NCBI RefSeq assembly: GCF_006345805.1
Contig: NC_043010.1
Coordinates: 60,636,001 to 60,700,000 of the forward strand
Direction: 5' to 3'
DNA length: 64,000 nt
From: Octopus sinensis
Lineage: Eukaryota
Position 1 is the first letter of the stretch; each line of letters begins with the position of its first letter. A model generated the notes under the pieces. The model saw only the letters and a program-made list of their open reading frames with translations, was not told where the DNA came from and did no database searches. Made by a program: the position numbers and the translations under genes. This document shows positions 53,490 through 64,000 of the stretch, one piece after another.

Positions 53490-54125
53490 TATGAAGTTGC
53501 TTCTGTGTAACATGACTTCTCTTGTTTGATGTGTTTGTGTGACACAGACATCATTGCAGTAATTTCCTATTGGATGAGAGAGATTTTCTATATTTCTTTC
53601 AATATTGAAAGTGAGGCTGATAGCTTTTTTCTTTGTTCATCATACACACAATTGGGTGTGTGTGTGTGGAGGACATAGAGTTGTAACTAGCACACACCAG
53701 CATCTGGCTAACATCTCACCTCCCACTACATACAGCAACTGTCACACTATTATATCAGCAGTTACACAGGAACAGCAGCAGCAGCAGCTGCAGTAACACA
53801 GGAACACTACTACAACAGCAGCAGTATACCACTAGAATACCACTACAGCAGTAGCAGCAGCAGTTGGAGTGGAACACTACAGCAGGATACACATCATCCA
53901 TCACACACAACTACAGTGAAGGATTAAACAATGCAGGTAAGTCTCCCTCTCTCTCTCTCTTTCTTTATTATCCTTTCATATTCATTATAACATTTATATT
54001 ATTTGAGTTTCTAATGAAAGACAGGGTAAGGATAATATCTAAAATGTCTGCCATGTTATATATATACAGGGACTGGGACAGTGGAGGATCGAGAGATCTA
54101 GCCATCACTTCCACCATTAACAACA
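53490..54125 (+). promoter_or_regulatory. Conserved block 6 (donor GT at 53937), putative promoter/first exon of C7
   Basis: Paralog of block 1; 2-nt insertion near 53827 and TAG at 53852. Confidence 0.55.
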
Positions 54126-55299
54126 ACAACAACAATAGCTGCAGTAGTCATTGTAATATAATTTCTTTGAACTGGATTATGTTTTTAAAGAAAGAATCAC
54201 ACAAAACATGCTAAGCAAGAGATATGAAAATGATTTGTATTGCCAGGGCATATTTTATGCATAATATTGATATAATATAATCCAAATTACACTTCTGATG
54301 AAGAATTAGGGTCCTTCTCTCTCTGTCCTACGTGTACATTTTGTAGCATTTAATGCATTTTCCATTCATTTAGTAACTGAATGCTATGCATATATATATG
54401 TATATACATACATGCTTCACTATCCAAAAACATTGATTGATCGCCAATAAGACTAGGTGTTAATAATGTATAATATAGTTTATATCTGTTTTGTTGTAGT
54501 AATTCACTAATTAAATCTGTGTATGCATACTCTCTGTTAAATGTCCATTATACATTTCTTTGTATATAATAACTATGAATTGGTCATAAATATAATTTAG
54601 TGTAGATTTGCTATTTAAGCTATTTGTTGTGAGATATAAACTGATGATATTGTCATGTGTTGTTAAAATATATTAACTTTGACAACAAGAGATGAATGTT
54701 GAGAATTGTTCAGAAATAATATCATCTTCCTACAAACTGACAGACATCACTTTATTATAGTTGCTATTTGCTAAATGTAATATAACAGAAATATTTTTAT
54801 ATGTAAAAATCTACATACTATATGTAAATAGAGATTAAATCATTTTACAATTAATTTGAAAAAAAAGAAAAATATACATATTTTATGAATATTATTACAC
54901 ATATTTTTCCAACATCATCATTCAATCCAACATTTGATATTTCTCATCTTTGTATCTTGGGGCTATATATTTGTAAAATATTTCTGCATATTTTGATAAA
55001 CTGTTCTGTCCCTGATATAAATACCCCTGTGTTAGGTTTTAATCATTATTGTGTCAATATAATTTCAATATACTATGAAATATCAGTATAGTTTGAAGAG
55101 TAGTTTCATATAAAATATTCCTGGAAGATATTGGTTGATTATATGAAAGATATATCTTCAACCCAGAATATCATTTTTTGAATCTTTAGCTTTGTGAGTC
55201 CAAACTCTTTATTTCTCAAGATTATTATACATTGACTTTATTATGACTTTGATCCATTCCAGATAGGGTCTAGTCTATAATCCTAGGTATGTTTTCTAC

Positions 55300-56100
55300 A
55301 TCTCTCTAATCCCTAATGATTGACACCTTTCCCTACCTAGCAGTGTTTATCAAGGCCAAACTATCAGGTAAAAGCTAACCCCTGGTAGCATTATGGACCA
55401 ATAGAATGTTATATCACTGAGGTATTTTTCCATTACCATCTTCTGGAATCTCTTTATTTATATTAGAACCATCTTCTGTTTCTCTTTTGTCACACATTAA
55501 TTAAGGGGATCCATTTTGAGTTGTTCATTGAATACGTATTGCTTGTTATCTCACCATTACTTGGTATTATACAAAAGATTCCATGTTCCTAATATAGCCT
55601 CAAGAGGCGAATAAGTCTACACAGAAGTAATTGAACTTGGGACTGTAAGTTAATTAATTACATATCAAATTGGTAATATTGCTTAGGTGTCTTTCCAGAG
55701 ATCCAGGCACCTTGGCACACACAAGTCAGCTAGAAAATAAGTTCTTTATTTAAGGTCTTGGGCTGGCTATATCTGGGGTCTGGCCATATTTGAGCTCCTT
55801 AATTGCTCTCATGACCTCAGTTTTCAAGAGGTTAGTCATGTCTCCTAGATGCATCTCACGTAGGTCAAATGTTGTTATATCTTGATTTAGGAGATCTGCA
55901 AAGTATTCTCTCCACCTTGCAAGGATACCCCTCTCTTTAGAGAGAAGATCCTTCTGACAAGTACCTCATAGCAGGCATGGAGGGAGACTTCTTATTATAA
56001 AGACAGCAAATGGTCTGCTGGAATACTTTATTTGCTGATTGAAAGTTGGAATCCAGTTTGACTCCTAGAATCCTCTCTGTATGGCTGCATCTCAGTACAC
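55300..56100 (-). mobile_element. Degenerate LINE fragments
   Basis: Minus-strand remnant TEVMRAIKELKYGQTPDI resembles the pre-RT AI..LK.GKAPG motif. Confidence 0.4.
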
Positions 56101-56640
56101 CTTGAACAATTACAACTGTCTTATTCTACAATTATCAACATCAGTCATACACATAAACAATGGATTACTTTCAGTGGTAAAAGATATTGTCTTTAGATAA
56201 ATAATACTGACTGAAAAACTCAGGGAAAATCTCACACAAATATCTTTGACAATAAAACATTGAAGATAAAAATTAATTTCAAAGTTTCCTTCTTTATCCC
56301 ACCTGATGATAAGTTTCATTAATACTAATCATTTTTCTTCTTAATATGGGTGTAATTTCAGTTGATTAAATATTCTTTTTACCTCTCTACATTCTTTGAG
56401 GCTAATTTAACTACAAGAAATTAATCGGTTGTGGTTATACTCCATTGAACTCACTTTGCTGATGTAGTTTATTGTACAGTCACATAAAAAGACATAATAT
56501 ATATATGAAGACCCAAAAGGCAGGTAAGGCTATGTAAGTGGTACGGAAGGACCACTGTTAGATTTTTGGTCCAATAATAGGATGAATGGGGAGTCTAATG
56601 TGGGCCTTGTGTGTGAGCATGTATATGTTGAATAAAATAT

Positions 56641-57015
56641 GATAACAAAGCCAGGGCAGTGTGAAATTTCTAGGACATTTATAAAGAGAGAGGTAATTTA
56701 CAGCTGTTTCAGAGATATAAAAGATATCCCATCATCAGAGACGATATGAAAGGATTAAAAGGAAAGAAATAGTAGAGTTCAATATAAGAAGTTATTTTGG
56801 AAAGGAAGAGATATAAGAAATATAAAGAAGAGTACTTCCATTTATACTTCTTATATCTCTTCCTTTCCAAAATAATTTCTTATATTGAACTCTACTATTT
56901 CCCTCTATTTAACCCTTTCATATCATCTCTGATGATGAGATATCTTTTATATCTCTGAAACACCTTTCTCTTTATAAATGTCCGAGATATTCCACACTGC
57001 CTTTGCATTGTTGTC
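56641..57015. repeat. ~375 bp imperfect palindrome (fold-back) with minimal hammerhead-like motifs
   Basis: Left GGCAGTGTGAAATTTCTAGGACATTTATAAAGAGAGAGGT is the reverse complement of right ACCTTTCTCTTTATAAATGTCCGAGATATTCCACACTGCC; pairing continues to a centre near 56830. Confidence 0.85.
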
Positions 57016-57291
57016 TCATTTTATTTAACATATATATATATAGATATAGATATAGATATATATATAAAGAGAACACGAATGGTGTTTAAAACCCATTTCT
57101 GTTCTCTATTTATACCTACACCACATTTGGATCTATGGTTTGAATTAGATTTGGTACTTACAAACAGTATCCTGCCAAAACTTGTGATCTTCATTATTGT
57201 TTATCTCACTGTGAAATCTGTTATTGTACCTAGCCATTTCTGGCATCCTATGTACTGATGTGTCCAGGTTTCATTGCATCCTTACAATTAA

Positions 57292-57325
<34 letters not shown>

Positions 57326-57447
57326 TTAGACAATTGTTATTTTGCTTGTGATTTCTTTACTTTAAATTTTATTCAGACTTTAAATATTTCTCTTGCTTTT
57401 TTTTTGTAGCAATTTCTCCTGCTAAAGTGTGATGAAGAATTCCAGAC

Positions 57448-59841
57448 ATGACAGCATATATTGGTCTACTGTGTCTTCTACCTTTACTGATCACCCTTGT
57501 ACTGTCCATAGATATTACATACCATGTCAAGGAAGAAGACAGCCTCACACCTATATAGGAGACATTGCTGTTGACTCCAACTTATCACACCCTCTCACAC
57601 ATCAACAACACACTCTCATTACATTTACACAACTACAAAGGACAGTCGAGAGTGGTTCTCACTTATTTAATGTCACCAACTCAGGAAAACTATACACTAC
57701 TCAAACACTGGATGCTGAGTCTCTGTGTACATACAACAAGGAATGTTCCAGAATTGTTAAGGTAGCAGTGAGGAAAGGAAAAACTTTTATGAAAATATTA
57801 AAAGTAAAAATATTAATAGATGACATCAATGACCATTCTCCAGAATTTCCACAGAATGAAATCACAATAAAGTTTTTGGAAAGAGACAGTAAAGGTACTA
57901 AAATCCCTCTTCTAAATGCCATTGATGAAGATGTTTCAATAAAGAATTCTCAAATTACATATATGATTATGAAAAGTGAAAGAGAACCATTTTCTCTCTC
58001 AGTTACAAAACGTGATGGTATTTTTATACCTGAATTAATTTTGGAAGACATATTAGACAGGGAAGTAAAAGACTCATATATGTTGACCTTAGAAGCTAAA
58101 GATGGAGGGAATCCTCCCAAAACAGCTACACTCAAGGTACACGTATCAGTGATGGATGTGAATGATAATATACCTGTATTTTCACGAAAAGTCTACAACA
58201 TCTCTATAGATAATTCACACCAAAGACATTTACCAATTCTTACTTTAAAAGCCACAGATCAAGATTCTGGAGAGAATGGAAAGATTTCTTACCATTTCAA
58301 CCATAAAACATCTCGAAATGTCCAGAAATATTTTGTATTAGATAAGAAAACTGGAGATTTATTTTTACATGATAATTTTCAGGTTAGTAAAAAGCAGACA
58401 TATAAATTATTTATTGAAGCAAGAGATGGAGGGAATCCACCTCTAAAATCAGTAGCCAGAGTTCACATTTACATAATTAATAACCAAAATATTGCTCCAT
58501 TAATAAATATAGATTTTGTATCTCCTTTATCAGAGAGTTCAGCAGCGGTTTCAGAAGACAGTGAAGTAGATAGTTTTATAGCTTATGTTATGGTCACTGA
58601 CAATGATAGTGGACCTAATGGTGAGGTTATCTGTGATTTAAAACATGATAAGTTTAAACTTGCCAAAATAGATTCTAAAGATTATAAAATAATTGTTAAG
58701 GGCCATCTTGACAGAGAAATAAGGGACCACTATAAAGTATCTATTGTGTGTCATGACATGGGGTCACCTCAACTAGAAAGCAAAAAATATTTCTCTGTCA
58801 AAGTAACTGATGTCAATGATGTAGAACCACATTTTACCAAAGAGACATTCCAATTCCTCACCTATGAAAACCAGAAAGTTGACTTCCCTATTGGCTTCAT
58901 CAATGCTACAGACCCTGATCTGGGAGATGGAGGCCAACTTACATATTCTATCATCAATGATAACAACAATGATAACATTCCTTTCCAACTGACAAATATG
59001 GATTTATTTCTACATCACAATCAATAGATCGAGAAATGAAAGACATCTATAAGTTCAGGTTTTAGTGAAAGATAATGGAACACCTTCTCTCAATGACACT
59101 GCCAATATTGTTATTGAGATTCTAGATAAAAATGATAATGCTCCGTATTTTACGTTTCCTAATAATGACCCTTACAATCTCGATGTCCACTACCATCCAC
59201 ACAGTAAGAAGGACATCACAATTCTGAGAGCATCTGACAAAGACACTGGAAACAATGCTTTCCTCACATATGGAATACTGAGATCCAATGATAAAAACCT
59301 GTTTACAGTGAACTCACACACTGGTGTGTTATCTTTCTCTCGCACAGTTTACCAAAATGATGCAGGAACATATGAGCTGCAGTTTATAGTGAAAGACGGT
59401 GGTACTCCAGTTCAATCAGCAACAACTGCTATCATACTAACACTGTTTGTTAGTAATGATACATCTCCAATGTTGACTGCTGTGCCATTCCAGTCTGGTC
59501 ACGACCTGAATATGACTTGGGTAATTATCATTGTAGCAGCAGCTGTAATACTATCTGTGGCTATTGTAGTGTCCATAACACTGTGTGTTTTCAGATGTAT
59601 TAATCACACAAATAACTCACCCACAACAGCAGAGAATCCCAACTTTCTCTCTCAGACTGAGATGAGACAATTACTGTATCAGACTAACAATCCTGTTGCA
59701 ATAACGAGAAATGCAGAAGAGATATTTAACCGAAATCTTCAGACAATAAAATCTAAAAGTCAGTTTTTTCTGGAGATGGAACAGACACCAGATGAGTGGA
59801 AATTCTCAACAACACAAAGGAGACTTCCACCTGTGCCTCAG
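57448..59841 (+). CDS. Pcdh: Protocadherin C7, large exon, three frameshifts as assembled
   Basis: Paralogous ATG at 57448 (CCAGACATGACAGC); 1-nt deletions near 57543, 58995 and 59056; 3-nt deletion in EC2; donor 59841/59842. Confidence 0.85.
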
Positions 59842-60217
59842 GTAAATATTATTTTTCAACAAATTACTTTTTGTATAATAAATTTGTGTCTGTCATTTTC
59901 TGGGAATGGTCTCTCAAAAATAAGGACTTCTTTTTCTTTTGCAAGAAATGAAATAGCTTTTCCTTAATTTCACATTATACTGAATAAGTAGAAATATTTT
60001 CATTTGACCAGTAAACATATTTGTATTGTTTCTCTAATTTTTTATACTAACAACTTGTTTAATTATAAAAATTCTGTTGTTATGATTCTACCATTCGCAA
60101 ATTGCTATTCGTAAAAGGATTACATTGTTTTGTCATAGCAGGAACATTCTAGAATATAAATATAAATGTTTCTTTTATTTAATGCTATTCATTCTGCTTT
60201 GTTATTCTAATCACCAG

Positions 60218-60606
60218 AGATGTGATTCAATTCATAGTCAAGGACGTCGTACCAGTTCCATCATGTCTTACAACAGTGACACCTTAACATCCCAAAAGGA
60301 CAGAGAAGCTAGCAAGAGTAATGGCAAGACTAAACCATATGATGAGATACCTGCAGAACCAGGTAACTTTTATCAAAACATAACATATAAATGTAATTGC
60401 CTTTATTACTGTAGGACAATATATAATGTTATGCTTAGTGTAATACAAGATCAATGTTTCTATCTTTATATATTGGAGTTGTTATATTGAAATGTAATTT
60501 GTGTTTGTATATTTGATATTTTGCAGAATATACCAATGACAATCCAGTTGCAGCCACAATACTAAAGGGACAACAAATACAAGATACCTATCTACAGCCA
60601 ACATAG
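60218..60606 (+). CDS. Pcdh: C7 cytoplasmic exons 2 (60218-60362) and 3 (60527-60606)
   Basis: Same splice sites, lengths and stop as C1. Confidence 0.8.
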
Positions 60607-61224
60607 TAGATGTTCCATGACTATTGTTAAATGATTCTCTCACACACCAAATCTTATACAATACTTTATATTCATATGAAAAATATCAACTCTATGTTTC
60701 TTTCACACATCACACACATAAGGGGCCTTACAGTGGCATCTATTATGACCCCTAATCTCCATCTCTGGTAAATTAATTGTTACAAACACCCAACTCTACA
60801 TTACCATAGTTAATTATTATAGTTATTTTCCCGTCAGTTTTAGTATAGACATTTCACTAAGCATAGATAAATTAGTCTGAGTCATCCTCGGAAGTTTAAT
60901 TATATTGTTTTCATTTGACACCAATTCTAAAATGTACTTTCGTTTGTTTACCTTTATTTCCAACTTTTCTCTTAGCTTTTTCTCATTTATCAACTCAAGA
61001 AGTAATTTATCCCTCACATTGATAAAACATTCTCTATTTTCCCTTGAAAGTTTAGTCAAATTTTTTTCATAGAAATTACTGAATTGTCATCTGATAGTAA
61101 AAGTTATACAACTTGCATGATGCTAAGAAATATAATTATAAAATTATAAATTTTTTAATAGAAATTCCTTTTTACTAAGACTAAATATATAATAAAGTTA
61201 TACTACTAATTATACCCCTGTAAA

Positions 61225-61865
61225 TTATCGAGCTGCTCCAGTGTAACATGAATTCTCTTATTTGATGTGTTTGTGTGACACAGACACCATTGCAGTAATT
61301 TCCTATTGGATGAGAGAGATTTTCTATATTTCTTTCAATATTGAAAGTGAGGCTGATAGCTTTTTTCTTTGTTCATCATACACACAATTGTGTGTGTGTG
61401 TGTGTGTGGAGGACATAGAGTTGTAACTAGCACACACCAGCATCTGGCTAACATCTCACCTCCCACTACATACAGCAACTGTCACACTATTATATCAGCA
61501 GTTACACAGGAACAGCAGCAGCAGCAGTAATACAGGAACACTACTACAACAGCAGCAGTACCACTATAATACCACTACAGCAGCAGCAGCAGCAGTTGGA
61601 GTGGAACACTACAGCAGGATACACATCATCCATCACACACAACTACAGTGAAGGATTAAACAATGCAGGTAAGTCTCTCTCTCTCTCTCTCCCTCTCTCT
61701 TTATTATCTTTTCATATTCATTATAACATTTATATTATTTGTGTTTCTAATGAAAAACAGGGTAAGGATAATATCTAAAATGTCTGCCATGTTGTATATA
61801 TACAGGGACTGGGACAGTGGAGGATCGAGAGATCTAGCTATCACTTCCACCATTAACAACAACAA
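61225..61865 (+). promoter_or_regulatory. Conserved block 7 (donor GT at 61669), putative promoter/first exon of an 8th copy beyond the window
   Basis: Paralog of block 1; no downstream Pcdh exon before 64000. Confidence 0.5.
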
Positions 61866-62299
61866 CAACAAGAACATCTGCAGTAGTCATTGTAATTCAA
61901 TTACTTTGAACTGCATTATGTCTTTTAATGTTAGAATCACACCAGACTCCTTATTGATGAGATATTAAACTATATATATATATATATATAATTACACTAT
62001 GTTTTATTTTGGTATGATATAATTGACACTAGGTATATAGATATATAGGTGCAACTGTTGGAAAACATTGATTGATATTACAACCGGGTGTTAGTATTGT
62101 ATGTCTGTGTTATTATTCACTAATTAAATCTTTGTCTATCTTTAGCTTTAATGAGCTTTTATCAGATCACTAATATCCCCATATATATATATATGTGTAC
62201 CTTGTTAAATATCTCTTATATATTTCTTTATATATAATAAACCAAGAATGTTCATTATTATAATTAATATCATCATCATCGTTGTTGTTGTTATTAATT

Positions 62300-62620
62300 T
62301 GGTGAGCAGGGAGAATTGTTAGCACATCATCATCATCATCATCGTTTCAGCATTCCATTTGTCAGTCCTGACCTTCTGAGTTTGAATTTTGCCAAGTTCA
62401 ACACCGCCTTTAATCTTTATAGGGTTTATAAAATAAGTACCAGTTGATTACTGGGGTCAATGTAACCAACTTATCCCATCGACCCCAGTGCCCAACTGGT
62501 ACTTATTTTATCAACCCCAAATGGTTGAAAGGCAAAGTCGACCCCAGCAGGATTTGAACTCAGAATGTAAAGGCAGGTGAAATGCCACCAAGCATTTTGC
62601 TGCTCATCATGATAATGGTT
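62300..62620. mobile_element. Two tRNA-type SINEs in tail-to-tail inverted orientation
   Basis: + copy ends AATAAGTACCAGTTGATTACTGGGGTCAAT; - copy begins ATCGACCCCAGTGCCCAACTGGTACTTATT. Confidence 0.65.
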
Positions 62621-64000
62621 CTGCCTGCTTACTTCCTTGTTCTGTCTCTGTTACTGATGCCACTGTGTTGAGTTTTAATCATGATTATGTCAATATAATT
62701 TTAATATTTCAAATCTAGTTTAATATAAAATATTCCATGAAGATATTTATTGAATACATTTATGAATTTGTGTTGTAAGATTCCTGTTGTGAAACCATGT
62801 GTTGAAACAGATTTTGTTGTAATCCGAAATGGTCCCCTTTTTTTTTTTCAAAATAAACCCATGCACTATATCCTTGTTCTTCACTCGTTTATTACTGTTC
62901 TTATTTTAACTCAGGTCCATTGTCTGGAAGAAAGCTTTTGTTACACATCTGTGACTTCTTTAGCATCATGAGTTAAAATAAAAGAACAGTAATGAACAAG
63001 TGAAGAATGTGCATGTGTTTATTTGGCAAAAAAAAAAAATTACCATCCCGAATGCAACAATATTTATTGGATAATTCTACAAAATTTCCTGTATCCATGC
63101 GATTATATTCCAACCGTTAGCTTTGTGAACCCAAATCTATATTTTCTAATGGCTCTATTTTGGTTAATTCTGTTCTGATTAGGGCCAACTATCATTGCAT
63201 GGTACTTTGTGCATGTTGGGAATGAGGGTTCCTTTCTTCTTCCCCTTTTTCTTTAATTATTTCTAATTCACAATTTCTTCCCTGAAATATTTCTCTTAAA
63301 GAATTTTTTGTATTTTATTTTTTTCAACAATATTGTATTCTTCAAGTGAAGTTTGTTGTAGATGTGAGTATCAGAAAGGACACTGTTTTAGTCAGTAGCA
63401 TTTTTGATTATGTCAAGTATTTTAGGAATTCATTTTATGATGATAAATCTGTTTCGTATTGCTTCAGTTGGAATTTTATTCTGTTTTAGAACTGGGATTT
63501 TTTTGCCCTGTCCAGTAATTAAAATCTGTTAGGAATGTAATCATTCCATTGGGTCTTAGCTAATTTAGCTATACGTCTGTGGTAGTTTCAGCTGCAAGTA
63601 CTTTGAAATGAAATCTTCTGATATCTTAGACCAAGGTATGAATAGAGAATCATTATTACAGTTTAGGAGATGATGTTTATCTTGTTTGCTTATTTTTTTC
63701 TGTCTTATTTCTGTGTTTCTTTTTTATGGATATTTGTAACTAAGTGACTGTAAATGGAACTTATTTGCACAGTTGTGTGTAGCATTCATCTATCATTTTG
63801 AGTTTAGCTTTTTTTTTTCTCAATCACTTGGTTATTTCAGTTGTTTAATTAGTTTTTATTCCGTTTTGGATATCTCCATAGTTAATTATTGAATGGATTT
63901 ACTGCATCAGTGCTTGTAGTATTGTTGAGTTCTGCTGTCAGGAGCCCTCTGTCTGGGTAGAAGTGTTTCTTTGAGGTTTGTTTCAAGATCCAAGAAGTAT

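Overview
AT-rich, microsatellite-rich animal genomic DNA, inferred to be an octopus from the protocadherin sequence type and repeat content. It holds a head-to-tail tandem array of 7 protocadherin genes on the + strand (ATGs at 1661, 16985, 23626, 33181, 40697, 48352, 57448; called C1-C7 here). Each gene has one ~2.4 kb exon (signal peptide, 6 cadherin repeats, TM, proximal tail) plus two small private cytoplasmic exons (145 nt and 80 coding nt), predicting ~874 aa. A near-identical ~600 bp block ending in a strong splice donor follows every gene and is best read as the promoter and non-coding first exon of the next gene. Variation is strongly partitioned. EC2, and less so EC3, is hypervariable and patchwork between copies, while EC1 and EC4-through-C-terminus (including intron 2 but not intron 1) are almost identical. 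This looks like a gene-conversion-maintained variable/constant receptor system. C3, C4, C7 and the last exon of C2 carry single-base deletions that may be consensus errors. The spacers hold RTE-type LINEs (one near full length), tRNA-type SINEs, mariner relics and fold-back palindromes, one with minimal hammerhead-ribozyme-like motifs. No RNA genes or CRISPR arrays were seen. All counts were made by eye.
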